64,000 nucleotides of DNA. It comes from Azolla caroliniana. Lineage: Eukaryota > Plantae > Polypodiophyta. The stretch spans positions 12,524,001-12,588,000 of the forward strand of contig JBHGNT010000003.1 in assembly GCA_043228905.1 (NCBI GenBank). The letters are read 5' to 3'. The notes beneath the pieces were generated by a model, which made no database searches, had not been told where the DNA came from, and saw nothing but the letters and a program-made list of their open reading frames with translations. Each line of letters opens with the position of its first letter. Positions within the stretch are counted from its first letter, which is position 1. The position numbers and the translations under genes were made by a program. Below are positions 25,301-39,422 of this stretch, in pieces.

Positions 25301-28300
25301 CCGGAAATGCTTCTCATCCTACACAACTGGTGAGCATGACTGTGTCTGGATGGGGAATAAAGGAACATACCGAATTATCGGCATAGGAGATGTGTTGTTG
25401 ACGACATCAACCGAATGCAAGGTGCTGCTGAAGGATGTCCGACACGTTCTGGAGGTTCGACTGAACCTAATATTAGTCGGTCGGCTAGATGATGAAGGCT
25501 ACACAGGTAGCATCCAGAACGGTGTCATGAAGTTCTGCAAAGGGAGCTTAATAGTGGCTCGAGCCCGGAAGGTCAACACATTGTACTTGATGCTTGCTCG
25601 AATATGCCAGGAAGAAGTGAACGTAGCATCTAACATTGCCGGTGAGTTGTGGCACAGAAGACTGTGTCACATGAGTGAGAAGGGGATGAAGAGGCTTGCC
25701 AAAGACAACCTCATTCCGGTGAAGGATGTGCAAATTGAGAAGTGCATCGATTGCCTGGCTGGCAAACAAAACCAACTCCTTCCGGTCGAGACCACCGATG
25801 AGACGGAATGCACCACTAGAGTTGGTGCATACCGATGTGTGTCAAATAGACACGAAGTCACATGTTGGATCATAGTACTTCGTGACATTCATAGATGACC
25901 ACAGCCGGATGTTGTGGGTCTCACCGTTGAAGATGAAGGATCAGGTGCTAACCATCTTCAAGGAACTCCACGCGAGAGTGGAAAGAGAAACTGGTCGGAA
26001 GCTGAAGGCGGTTCGAGCGGACAATGGAGGAGAATACCGGGGGCAGTTCGAGGAGTACTACCAGTTGAAGGGAATCTGGCTTGAATTCACCGTGCCGAAG
26101 ATGCCGGAACTAAACAAGCTGGCCGAAAGGATGAACCGGACCATAATGGAGAGAGTCTGGAGCAAGCTCGCACATGCCAAGTTGCCCAAGACGTTTTGGG
26201 CTGAGGCACTGACGACGGCAACCTATGTGATAACCAGACCACCCTCAGTACCCTTGGATGGAGACTCACCGTAGAAAGTATGGACCGGTAAGGATGTGTC
26301 TTACCGGCATTTGAAGGTGTTCGGGTGTCTCGCATACGTGCATGTGGCGAAGGACAAGAGATGAAAGTTGGATCCGAATTCCCGGCCATGCATATTCCTT
26401 GGATACGGCAATGATGAGTTCGGTTACCGAGTGTGGGATTTGGTCGACAAAAAGGTGTTCCAGAGTCGTGACATAGTCTTCATGGAAGACAAGACCATTG
26501 CCGACTGGGCATCGGAGAAGAAGGTAACGAACTTCGGATCATCCATTGAAAACCGACTTGAGGACAAAAGGATATACCTGATTGAAAACTGGATGTTAGC
26601 CGGTAACCGGATGACACTCGACGAACCAGCCAAATACGGACAGGAAATCGAATTGACCGAAGAAGAAGAAGAAGAAGAAGAAGAAGAAGAAGACACCAGA
26701 ACCGGACAAGATCCCAAATCGGATTCGGATGAAGAACAAACGGAGGAACCGGCAATCAGAAACCAAGGACGGAGATATCCTCTCCAGGAGAGAGGAGCCC
26801 CCCGAAGAGTTTCAGATGCAGAGCATGTGTTGCTAACCGATGAGGGGGAGCCGGAAAGCTTTGAAGAAGCAAGGGGAGACACCAACAGCCGCAAGTGGTT
26901 GAGTGCCATGCAGGATGAGATGGATTCCCTACATGAGAACCACACATACAAATTGGTGGAGTTGCCGAAAGGAAAGAGGGCATTTCGGAACAAGTGGGTG
27001 TACAAGCTGAAATCGGGAGACACCGGAAATCCACCAAGGTATGAAATGGATACTTTGGTACTTGAAGGGCACTTCGATTATGTGCCTCTGATTCGGCTCT
27101 GGTAAACCCCTCATGGAAGGATTTACCAATTCGGATATGTCAACTAATGTGGACACCAACTGGTCAACTTCTGGATATGTCATGACCTATGCAAGGGAGC
27201 CGTTTCGTGGTAGTCAAGGCTGCAGAAGACGGTTGCGTTGTCAACCATGGAGGCGGAGTAGTACATGGCAGCCGTGGAAGCCAGCAAGGAAATATTATGG
27301 ATGAAGGACTTCATCGAAGAGCTAGGGATCCGGCAAGAGGAATACCGGCTCTACTGTGATAGTCAAAGTGTCATCCACCTTGCAAAGAACGCGGCATACC
27401 TTTCCAAAACGAAGCACATCCAACGCAGGTACCATTGGATCCAGGAGCAAGTTGAAGATCGAGAGTTCGTGCTGACAAAGATCCACACAGAGGAGAATGG
27501 GTCGGATATGTTGACCAAGGTGCTGACACCCGATAAGCTGGACGCATGTCGGAAGTGGATCGGACTTACAAGACATCCGAAAACCGGATTGGTGAACCCG
27601 GTGAGAATCGGAAGAGAAGACAGATTTGTAAATATGTCTTGAATAAGCCCATTTAGGCTATATTTGCAAATAGCCCTAAGTTCATATAAGTATAAATATG
27701 ACTTAGGGCAATCACTTTAATTGCGATTGGGTTGTTGTCATATTGTTGCAATAGTTGTACAAAGACATATAGAGAGTGAGAGAGAGCATGGGAGAAGCTA
27801 CAAGCACTCTCTGTCATAACCGCCGCCTGGCGAAGATTGCGAGCACGTGGTCGTTGCCTTTGTGTCTCCACTCTATATTTCCTCTCTTCATAGTGATAGT
27901 TCGGAGTTTGGGGACTCTCGTGGTTTTTCCCCTATTAGGGTTTTTCCACGTAAACATCCTGTGTCATTTTTCATGTGTACTCTCCACTTCCCATTTCTAT
28001 GTTTGATTATTTTTTTGAAGTGATTTACTACTCGGTTGTGCCCGAGCGATATTCCGCGCATTTCTCATCAGCTTTTGAGAGTCTAAGAAGCCATTTACAT
28101 CAACTCCTATTTTAGCTCATGTTGATCACCATTCATCATTGAAGCAGATGCATCGGATTTCGCCTTGGGTAGCATTCTATCTCAACAAGGTGATGATGAA
28201 AAGCTACATCCTGTGGCTTTCCATTCATGCAAGTTTGACGCCGCGGAAATCAACTATGAAATTCATGATAAGGAGCTATCAACAATAGTGGACTCTTTTA

Positions 28301-28565
28301 CGCAATGGAGGCATTTTCTAGATGGGTCTTCTCATCAAGTCATCGTATTCAGTGATCACAAAAACCTTGCCTACTTTAAGAATGCTCGTGTGTTAAATCG
28401 ACGTCAAGCTCGGTGGGCCCAATTCCTCACTCGTTTCGACTTCAAAATTATATATCGTCTGGGGAAGCAACAAGGGAAGAAAGATGCATTATCATGGTGT
28501 TCGTATCTAGCACCACGCCTCGGCGAGCCGGCTTTCGATAACCAAAAGAAAGTAATCTTGGGACC
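22321..28565 (+). mobile_element. Tcn1-like chromovirus fragment (PR-RT-RH), split by the copia at 23724-28070
   Basis: [54 protein letters not shown]. Confidence 0.85.
23724..28070 (+). mobile_element. Deleted Ty1/copia (gag type B, pol type A)
   Basis: TSD GCTTT; 5' LTR 23724-24309; PBS at about 24313; gag ATG 24339; most of RT deleted near 27040; PPT and start of the 3' LTR missing near 27575. Confidence 0.9.
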
Positions 28566-28569
28566 GCCC

Positions 28570-31500
28570 GGAATTGGGCCCACCGACCTTGACGTCGATT
28601 TAACACACGAGCATTCTTAAAGTAGGCAAGGTTTTTGTGATCATTGAATACGATGACTTGATGAGAAAAACCCTCTAGAAAATGCCTCCATTGCGTAAAA
28701 GAGTCCACTATTGTTAATAGCTCCTTATCATGAATTTCATAGTTCATTTCGCGGCGTCAAACTTGCGTGAATGGAAAGCCACAGGATGTAGCTTTTCATC
28801 ATCACCTTGTTGAGACAGAATGCTACCCAAGGCGAAATACGACGCGTCTACTTCAATGATGAATGGTTTTTCTAGATCAACATGAGCTAAAATAGGAGCT
28901 GATGTAAATGCCTTCTTAAGACTCTCAAAAGCAATGTCCACTTCTTCAGACCAAACGAACGATTTTCCCTTCCTGGTAAGTTGTGTGACAGGTAGAACAA
29001 GCTTTGAGTAATCTTGTATGAACTTGCGGTAATAATTTGCAAAGCCTAAAAAGCATTGCACATCTCGCAACAAACGCGAAGTCTGCCACTCTACCACCGT
29101 TTTGACCTTAGCTGGATCCATGGAGATGCCTTCGGAGGAAATGACATAGCCCAAAAATTCTACTTGGTTGCACCCGAAACTACATTTTTCCAGTTTTGCA
29201 TAAAGACCATGTTCTCGAAGTCGTTTTAGTACAAACAGTACATGAGAATCATGCTCTTCTTTGTTCTTCGAATAAACCATTAGATCATCCAAATAGATGA
29301 TCAAAAAATCATCCAAGAGATCTCAGAATATATCATTTGCCATATGTTTGAAGACTGTTGGCGCATTAGTGAGGCCGAATGGCATCATCGTAAACTCGAA
29401 GTGCCCATATCTGGAGCGAAACGCAGTCTTCCATTCATCTCTTGGTCGGATCAGTACGAGATTATACGCTCCTCGTAAGCCGATCTTTGTGAAGAACCTT
29501 GCACCATTGATCCGTTCTAAAATACTTGAGATAAGGGGAAGTGCATACTTATTCCTGATGGTGACTTTATTCAATCCACGGTAATCTACGACGAGACAAA
29601 GTGATCCATCCTTTTTCTTGACGAAGAAAATGGGTGCGCCGGATGGAGATTTTGAATGTCGAATGAAACCATTTGCCAAATTCTCCTCTATATAGGCTCA
29701 AAGGACTTCTAGCTCGGTTGGTGACAAATTGTAGATCGGTCCCCATGGTGGCTCTTTTCCTGGTTGTAAATCGATGGGGCAATCATACGGTCGATGGTGA
29801 GGAAGCGTAATAACTCGTACTTTATCAAACACATCGGCATAATGACGATACTTCTCTAGAAGTTGAACGGTGGACTCCTCTTTATTGATACTGGAGGGGT
29901 TTATTGATATTGCGAAGACAAACCTTTCTTCCTTGCGTCCTTCTTCACGCAATTCATATAGCGAAATGGTTGCAATCTTATGAGTAGATCCTCGGGTTTG
30001 TCGACACCGTATTTCTCTTGTTCTCCAATCTATGGTTGGGTTATGAATTCGAACCATGGTGATCCCAAAACAATGGGATGTTCTGGGATACTAATTATAT
30101 TAAATGATACTACACACGCTAAGTTATCTAGGAAAATATTAACGGGTTTCTAACACTTCTATAATATTCTCGGAAGCAATAGGACGACAATCAATGACTA
30201 CTACAGAGGACATGGGAGTTTCTTTAGGGATATATGATGAGCTTGGGCAAAATTCCTATCCATGAAGCAAGAGTTGGCTCCAGAATCTAAGAGTGCTCAG
30301 ACATGTACTAGAGGAGTACTTTTAGTACTAACCATTACTTGAGCTAAGAACACATTGCTAACTTGCTTAGAGGAAAGGGAACCACTAATGGGTTGCACAA
30401 ATCTAGGGTTGTCTAACCAAACGGCTCCTATTTTGGTTGGACTTAATCATTTAACTCTTCTTCTAGTTGACTAAGGATTTCAAATTTGTTTGAAAGGCTT
30501 GGGCTATTAGGACTATCAAACATACCTAGAGGAATAGACTTGGGTTTAGTACTATTAGTACTAGCGGTTATTTGATTTACTTGCCTTGTCGACCGATGGG
30601 GGCAGTTCACTACAATATGCCCCGGTCCACCGCAATAAAGACATAATCGATTTGCCCTGCGTCACTGCTTTTCTTCTTCCGATGGTGGTCCGCGACGACG
30701 TCTAGTGTTGATTTCCATTGGAGTCGGTTGGAGACGTATTGAATGACTCCCTTAGGAAAGGCTTTACTACGATTGAAGCATAGGTGGGCTCCGATCTTGT
30801 CCGTGGCATTTGGAACTAACATTCCGAACGTCGTTCGAAGAGTCGATTATCGCATCGCACCGCACGACTGATTGCTTCTGTCAATGATTTTGGCTCCTCA
30901 GGGAAAGTTAAGAGTAAATCTTTAACATCATTACGTAGGCCAAAACGAAATTGCTCCATTAGTGTCTGGTCATCCCAGGGAATATCGGTGGCGAGAAGAT
31001 GGAAATCCGCAGCATAAGCCGAGGTCGGCCGCTCACCTTGGTGCAATCTTCAGATTTTGTTGATTGTTGTTCTAACATTGTCGGTATCTCCAAAATAGGC
31101 TTTAAACTCGGTGATAAACTCTTCGAAATTATTTAACAAGGGAGAGTTTTTTTCTAACAAGGGGGCAAACCATGCCAAAGTTGTGCCACTAAGTAGAGTG
31201 CCTACTAGTCCCACTCGTGATGCATCGGTGGGATATCAAGAAGGATGCATTTGAATGACTAATCGTACCTGATTAAGGAATCCTCTAAACTGTGATCGCG
31301 TTCCATCAAATTTCATGGGAAGGCCAATCTTGGGTTCCTTATGAATCCCTTACGTATTGGGTCCTTGTTGTCGCATTGCTACTAAGGTTGCTTCGAGTTG
31401 TTGCATGCGTACCACTAGTTCCCCATGTTGTTGCGTCAGCTGCTTTTCTAAGGAGATTTGTTGAAGATCCCCCAACAACCGTTTATTTTCTTGTTCCAAA

Positions 31501-32204
31501 GCAAGAAACTTCTCTTTCAAGCATTGCAGCTCTGAGAAAATAGATTGATATTCTTGAGCGCTAACAGTGGCCATAGTATGGGAGAAAAGAGGAATAAGAT
31601 ATTAGTACACGCATTGGGTCTATTAAATATCCAATAGTATTGAAACGTTTCCATGAATGAAGGGAGTTAGAGCCCGAAACGGCAGATAAAAGATACTTGG
31701 ATAATGCAAGAACATATAATACTGAAAGAACGAAGTAAGATAAGATAAGCTTATTGGATAATTGAGAAACTAACCACCTTGAATGTGACATCTTCGTTTC
31801 ATTAGGAAATTCCTTGAAAAGGATAAGATCTATTTTGGATAATCTTTTATTGGTAGAATCATTCTTGAATCTCAATTATGAAGGGAGGGAGAAGTAAGAA
31901 GATAAAGGAAGAGAAGGAAGGAGAGGAGGAAAAATTGGTTCAAACTGTCAGGAGCAATACTAAAACAGAGAAGGAATTAGTACTAAAAGATAAGGATTAG
32001 TACTAAGGGAGGTGTAGAACTCTCGAAAGAAGGAAAGAGTGAGTGAGTGAGAGAGAGTGAGAGAATGAGGATAACAAAAGATATATATTATGTTAAGGGA
32101 ATATACAATAGTAGCTAGGAGGCTTAAGACTGGCGTTGAACCGATTTGGTTCGAAACAATGCCTGGTGTCTCCTTTTATAGTGTTCTCAGGAGTACTCCT
32201 GACT
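28570..32204 (-). mobile_element. Tcn1-like chromovirus: 5' LTR (32204-31946), gag (ATG 31574), PR, RT, RH; inverted relative to 22321-28565
   Basis: TGTCAGGAG...CTCCTGAC termini; EPKIGLP.KFDG gag, QGERPTSAYAADF, YLDDLMVYS. Confidence 0.87.
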
Positions 32205-33515
32205 TGGTCCCAAGAGAAAAGATGACAATGATCGAGCTGCTCAAGGAATATAAGGATGTTTTCGCATGGTCACATGAGGACATGCAGGGGTTGGATCCAA
32301 AATTCTATCAGCACAAGATCAACTTGTCCACCAACGTGAAACCGGTGCAGCAGCGTCGCTATCAGATGAACCCGAATTACGCGGTTCGCGTAAAAGAAGA
32401 GATTGACAAACTTCTAAAAGCAGGGTTTATCCGGACGGTGAAGTAGGCCACTTGGTTGAGCCTGATAGTCGTGGTACCAAAGAAAAATGGTAAAATCCGC
32501 GTTTGCGTGGATTATCGTAAGCTTAACGTCGTAACGATAACAGACACGTTCCCCTTACCCTTCATCGATAGCGTACTAGATGCGGTCGTGGGCCATGACA
32601 TGTATAGTTTTCTAGATGGTTTTAGAGAATACAATCAGGTACGCATGCACCCTGATGGCCAGGAGAAGATTGCGTTTGTCACGGAGTGGTGTGTTTTCAT
32701 CATTATGGTCATGATGTTTGGGTTAAAAACGGCGCCTGCCACGTTCCAGCGAACAATTACAGAGATTTTTGGGGAGTACATATCCCCCTTTATGCAAGTC
32801 TTTCTCGACGATTTCGCCGTATATGGAACACGAGGCGAACATTTGGGCCATCTCCGAGTTTGTTTGGAGCATTGTCGTACGTCACGCCTCAGCCTTATCC
32901 AGCCAAATGTGCATTCGGCATCACCAATGGGGCACTTCTCAGACACATCGTAAGCAAGGAGGGGATAGCGATGGATCCGAACAAAATCACGGTGATCATT
33001 GAAGCAAAGACTCCGACTAATGCCAAAGCCCTCAGCCACTCACTAGGTCAAATACGTTGGCATAGCCGCATGTTACGGTACTTGGCGGATTTTGCGACCC
33101 CATTTACACACCACCATACATCGAACGCCCTTCTAGTGGACGGCAATAGAGGAGAAAGCTTACGACGCACTCAAGATAATGTTAACCCAAGCATTGGGGG
33201 TACAACCACCAGATTGGGCTAAACCTTTTCACGTCTTTGTGGATGCCTTAGATATAGCAATAGGCAACGCATTAATGCAACTCACAGAGCCGAGTTGGTA
33301 CAGACTGGTCTATTACGTCAGTCGTAAACTATCAACTGCCGAGAGGAACTACTCCACAACTGAGCGTGAAGCCTTGGGGATGATATATAGCATCAACAAA
33401 TTCCGGCATTATCTGCTAGGGCGCAGATTTACGTTTCACGTAGATCACGCGACGTTAATGTATCTAGTTGAGAAACAGGCACTGACAGGGAAGCTAGCCA
33501 GATGGATGCTGCTGC
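32205..33515 (+). mobile_element. Non-chromovirus gypsy RT-RNase H fragment
   Basis: VVVPKKNGKIRVCVDYRKLN, YSFLDGF, FLDDFAVYG, ERNYSTTEREALG. Confidence 0.85.
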
Positions 33516-34137
33516 TGACAGGAACTACACGCTCCCTTTGCACAACGCTCGGCCACAACTGAGCCTAGAATAATACACAGAAAACGGGAATGAAAGCACG
33601 ACACAAAGGAGAGAAGACAACACAGGATGTTTACGTGGAAAACCCCAACTAGGGAAAAACCACGGCAGCCCACAGACTGCGAACTATCACTATATCACAA
33701 AGATTACAACAGTGAGCTCATGGAGGCAACGACCTTGTGCGCACGATCTTCGCCACAGGCGGTGGTTACAACAGAGGCAACAACCTCTTCGTTTCTTTCT
33801 CTCTCTCTCTCTTTGTACACTGTTGCGCTCTAATCTTGCACCAACAAGAATGACAACCAACAACTTATCTAAAGTTTGCCCTAAGTCATATTTATACTAA
33901 TATGACTTTTCGGCTATTTACAAATATAGCCACGATGGACTCTCATAAACATATTTACAAATATGTCACTTCATCCGGTGAGCACTCCTCACGGGGCCTG
34001 CATCATCCGGCGCTTGCCGGGTACTCGTCATCCGGTTCTCACCGGGTCTACACCATCCGGCTCTCCATAGCCGGGTACTCGTCATCCGGTTCTCACCGGG
34101 TTTGCACCATCCGGCTCTCCGTAGCCGGGTACTCAAT

Positions 34138-37100
34138 TGATGGAAAATTAATCAACACTTTCCAAACTTCACCTCTCGGCCACAACCAAGGAAACACACG
34201 AATCGTTGTTGCAGAAAATGGGACACACGATTTAACGTGGAAAACCCTGTACGGGAAAAAAACCACGGGAGTACAAGACTCCGAACCAAAACTACGCACA
34301 GAGAAATATACAATGGCGAGCTGCAAGGCGACGACCTTGAGCTCGTTGTCCTCGCCACAGGCGGCGGAAATACACAGAGGCGTCGACCTCTTCCTCTCTC
34401 ACGCTCTATCTCTCTCACGGCTGCTCTCTCTTCACTCCTCTTGAGTGGAAAAACAGAAAAATGAGTAGCAACATTAAAACTATTTGCCCTAAGTCATATT
34501 TATACACATATGACTTTGGGGCTATTTACAACTATAGCCTCAAGGGCCCTTGGCAAACATATTCACAGATATGTCCCCGCATCCGGATCTCTCTCCGGGT
34601 ACATTCGTCATCCGGCTCCGAAGCCGGGGTCTTCATCATCCGGTTCCGAACCCGCAACCGGGCTTGTCGGCATTCAACTCCGAAATCCGACCATCCCATC
34701 CGAAGGGACCGAAATCCCAACAAACTCCCCCTTCACTTCGGCATGGGATGTCTCTCCAATCCGATCCTCTTCCGGCATGCTTCCAGCTTGTCGGGTGTGA
34801 GCACCTTGGTCAGCATATCCGACCCGTTCTCGTCCGTGTGGATCTTCGTCAGCACGAACTCCTTGTCTTCTATCCTTTCCCGGATCCAGTGATATCTTCG
34901 CTGGATGTGCTTCGTCCGGGAGTGATAGGCCGCGTTCTTCGCAAGGTGGATTGCACTCTGACTGTCGCAGTAGAGTCGGTACTCCTCCTGCCGGATACCG
35001 AGCTCTCTAATGAAGTCCTTCATCCATATTATTTCCTTGCCGGCTTCAACAGCCGCCATGTACTCCGCCTCCGTGGTTGACAAACGCAACCGTCTTCTGC
35101 AGCCTCGACTGCCATGAAACAGCTCCCCCTGCATACGTCATCACATACCCTGATGTGGACCGGCTGGTATCTGCATCAGCCGACATATCCGAATCGGTGA
35201 AGCCGTCGAGTTCGGGCTTACCGGAGCCGAATCGGAGGCACACGTTTGCCGTGCCCTTCAGGTATCGGAGTATCCACTTGGCCGCGTTCCAATGCTCTTT
35301 GCCGGGATTGCTCATGTACCGGCTCACCACTCCGACTGCATATCCTATGTCCGGTCGGGTACACACCATTGCGTACATCAAGCTCCCGATGGCAGAGGCA
35401 TATGGTACTTTCATCATGTCCTCCTTCTCAGCCTTTGTCTTGGGGCTTTGCTTGCTGGACAGCTTGCAGTTTGCCGGGAGTGTTGACCCGACCGGTCTTG
35501 CTTCCGACATGTTGAACCGGTGAAGCACCTTTGTCACGTACTTCTCCTGTGACAGCCACAACTGCTTCTTCTTCCGGTCCCGGATGATGTGCATCCCTAG
35601 TATTTGCCTCGCCGGACCCAAGTCCTTCATTGCGAAGGTTCGGTGAAGAGCCTTCTTTAGCATCCGTATCTTGACCTGGTCCCGTCCGACGATCAACATG
35701 TCGTCCACGTACAGGAGGAGTATTAAAAAGTCTCCTCCTTCGAACTTCTTCACAAACACGCAGTGGTCGGACTGCGTTTTGAGGTACCCTTCGTCGGTCA
35801 TGAAGGAGTCGAACTTCCGGTACCATTGCCGGGGAGCCTGCTTCAGTCCGTAAAGGCTCTTCTTCAACCGGCATACCAGGTGCTCCTTCCCTTTCTTCTC
35901 GAATCCTTCCGGTTGCTGCATGTAGATCTCTTCTTCGAGGTCACCGTGAAAGAATGTCGTCTTCACGTCCATCTATTCTACCTCGAGGTCCATGCTTGCC
36001 GCTATGCTCAGCACCGTCCGGATGGAGGTCATCTTCACTACCGGGGCAAATATCTCGTCGAAGTCGACGCCCTTCTTTTGCTGAAACCCCTTCACCACGA
36101 TCCTGGCTTTGTATCTCGGGGGGTTTCCGGCATCTCCCGGTTTCAGCTTGAACACCCACTTGTTTCGGAGTGCCCTCTTTCCTTTCGGCAACTCCACAAG
36201 TTCATATGTGTGGTTCTCATGCAGGGAATCCATCTCGTCCTGCATGGCACTCAACCACCTGCGGCTCTGGGTGTCATGCTTTGCTTCTTCAAAGCTCTCC
36301 GGCTCCCCCTCGTCGGTTAGCAGCACGTGCTCTGGTTCCGGAAATCTCCGGGGGGGCCTTCTCTCTCTTAGAGGATATCTCCGTTCCGGAGCTTCGGTAA
36401 CCGGTTCTTCCGATTCTTCTTCATCCGAATCCATTTCGGGATCGGGGCCGGTTCCGGTATCAGTTTCATCTTCCTCGGCCGGTTCTGTTTCTTCACCGTC
36501 TTCGGCCGGATCCTCGAGTGCTAACCGGTCCCTTGCCGGTCGGGACTGCTCCTCGTAGAGTTGATCCTCACCGGTCGACTTGGAGCTCTTCATCTTCTTC
36601 TCCGACTCCCAGTCGGCGAGTGTCTTGTTCTCCATGAAGATGATATCACGACTCCGGAATATCTTCTTGTCGACCGGGTCCCATACTCGGTAGCCGAACT
36701 CGTCATCGCCGTAACCGAGGAATATGCATGGCCGGGTCTTTGGATCTAGCTTTCCTCTCCGGTCCTTTGCCACATGCACGTATGTGAGACACCCGAACAC
36801 CTTCAGATGCCGGTAGGATACTTCCCTGCCGGTCCACACTCTCTGCGGCGTGTCTCCGTCCAAAGGTACTGAGGGTGATCTGTTTATCACGTATGTCGCC
36901 GTCGACATTGCCTCAGCCCAAAACCCCTTGGGTAATTCCGCATGCGCCAGCATACTCCGGACCCTCTCCATTATGGTCCGGTTCATCCTCTCGGCCAGCC
37001 CGTTCAGTTCCGATGTCTTCGGCACAGTAAACTCGAGCCAGATTCCCTTCGAGCGACAGTACTCCGCGAACTGCCCCCGGTATTCCCCTCAGTTATCCTC

Positions 37101-39422
37101 TCATATCGCTTTCAGCTTCTTGCCGAATTCCCTTTCCACTCTTGCGTGGAGTTCTTTGAAGACGCACAACACTTGGTCCTTTGTCTTCAGCGGTGCCGTC
37201 CACAGTTTTCGGCTATGATCATCTATGAATGTTACGAAGTATTGGGCTCCGCCATGTGACTTCGTTTCTACCTGACACACATCAGTGTGCACCAACTCCA
37301 ATGGTGCGCTACGTCTCGTCGGTGGCCTTGAGTGGAAGGAGGTTCGGTTCTGCTTACCGGCCAGGCAATCGGTGCACTTCTCCAGGTGCACATGCTTCAC
37401 TGGAATAAGGTTGTCTTCTGCAAGCCTCTTCATCCCCTTCTCACTCATGTGGCACAGTCTCTTGTGCCACAGCTCACCGGCAGTGTCGGCTGCTACGTTC
37501 AGCTCCTCCGGACATAGCCGGGAATTCATCAGGTACAGTGTGTTGACCTTCCGGGCCCGAGCCACTATCAGGCTCCCTTTGCTGAACTTCATGACGCCGT
37601 TCCGGATGCTACCCGTGTAGCCTTCATCGTCTAGCCTCCCGGCCGAAATCAGGTTCAATCGAACCTCTGGAACGTGTCGGACATCCTTCAGCAGCATTTT
37701 GCATCCTGTCGGGGTTGTCAACCACACGTCTCCTATGCCGGCAATCCGGCACGTACCTTCATTTCCCATCCGAACACAGCCATGCTCACCGGCTGTGTAG
37801 GATGAGAAGTATCTTCTCTCCGGGGTCAGGTGGAACGATGCTCCGGAATCGACCACCCAGGTCGTCTCATCGACGGCAATGTTTAGTTCACCTTCTTCGG
37901 TGATGAGCATGATCTCCTCTTCACTTGCCGCGAGTGCCGTCGTTCCTTTCCGGTCCTGCCCTCGCCGATCCGAACCATTTCGGTCTGTGGCTCCCCGGTA
38001 AGCACCGTTCCGTTCCGAAGACTTCTTCGAATCGGTGTCGTCGGCTCCGTTGTCTTTTCGGTAATGCCGACAATTCTTTCGGAAGTGCCCCGGCTTCCCA
38101 CAGTGGAAGCATGTGGGCCTTCCTCTTGACTGCGACCGGGTCCCCGACTTCTCCCGTCTTTGCGAACTCCGGTTCCATTGTCTTCCCCGTTCCGATTCGG
38201 TAAGCAGCGCCTTCGAGTCGGAGGCCGGTTCTTTATCTCTCCGACGCGCTTCTTCGTTCAAGATACTTGTCTTTACCGTTTGTAGGGACAAGTTATCTTC
38301 CGTGTAGGAGGTGCTGAGAGTCACCACCAAGTTCTCCCAGCTTTCCGGCAATGTACACATCAGAATGATGGCTTGCATTGCATCCTCCAGCGGGAACTTG
38401 ATCGCCGCAAGCTGGTTCACGAATCCCATGAACGTGCTTACGTGTTCCACCATACTCTCGCCGTCCCGGTACTTGAGGTTCACTATCTTCCTCATCAGGG
38501 AGGTCCGGTTCAACGCATTCTTCCTCTCGTAGAGGCCCGACAGCTTCCGCCACATCTCATATGCGTTGATGTCGTTCGCCACATGTTGTAGAACGCTCAC
38601 GTCTACGTATTGCCGAATGGTTGCAACGGCTTTCCGGTTCAGAAGCCTCCATTCCGACTCAAGTACTCCCTTCGGTATTTCCGACCTGTCAATCGGTTCG
38701 TACAGGTCCCGAACAATCAGAAGATCCTCCATCTTGATCTTCCAGTCGGCGTAATTCTGCGCATTCAGCACCATCATCCCCGGCTGCCCGCTGCCGCCGC
38801 CTTCCATTTTCTGCAGCAGCTCGCTCTGATACCAAATTGATGGAAAATTAATCAACACTTTCCAAACTTCACCTCTCGGCCACAACCAAGGAAACACACG
38901 AATCGTTGTTGCAGAAAATGGGACACATGATTTAACGTGGAAAACCCTGTACGGGAAAAAAACCACGGGAGTACAAGACTCCGAACCAAAACTATGCACA
39001 GAGAAATATACAATGGCGAGCTGCAAGGCGACGACCTTGAGCTCGCTGTCCTCGCCACAGGCGGCGGAAATACACAGAGGCGTCGACCTCTTCCTCTCTC
39101 ACGCTCTATCTCTCTCACGGCTGCTCTCTCTTCACTCCTCTTGAGTGGAAAAACAGAAAAATGAGTAGCAACATTAAAACTGTTTGCCCTAAGTCATATT
39201 TATACACATATGACTTTGGGGCTATTTACAACTATAGCCTCAAGGGCCCTTGGCAAACATATTCACAGATATGTCCCCGCATCCGGATCTCTCTCCGGGT
39301 ACATTCGTCATCCGGCTCCGAAGCCGGGTTCTTCATCATCCGGTTCCGAAACCGCAACCGGGCTTGTCGGCATTCAACTCCGAAATCCGACCATCCCATC
39401 CGAAGGGACCGAAATCCCAACA
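34138..39422 (-). mobile_element. Full-length young Ty1/copia, copy 2
   Basis: 585-bp LTRs 39422-38838 and 34722-34138 (6 differences seen); PBS 38834-38823; PPT at about 34735-34725. Confidence 0.96.
34733..38807 (-). pseudogene. gag-pol of copia copy 2, disrupted
   Basis: ATG 38807 MEGGGSGQPGMMVLNAQNY; stops near 37101, 37090 and 35973; +1 frameshift near 35083. Confidence 0.93.

Noticed and set aside
26659-26691. Poly-Glu tract in the copia IN-RT linker
   Set aside because: Ordinary (GAA)n slippage in a dead element
38808-39026. N-terminal extension of gag through the LTR and PBS (641-aa ORF)
   Set aside because: The real start is ATG 38807 after the PBS; the U5 region is not conserved in copy 1
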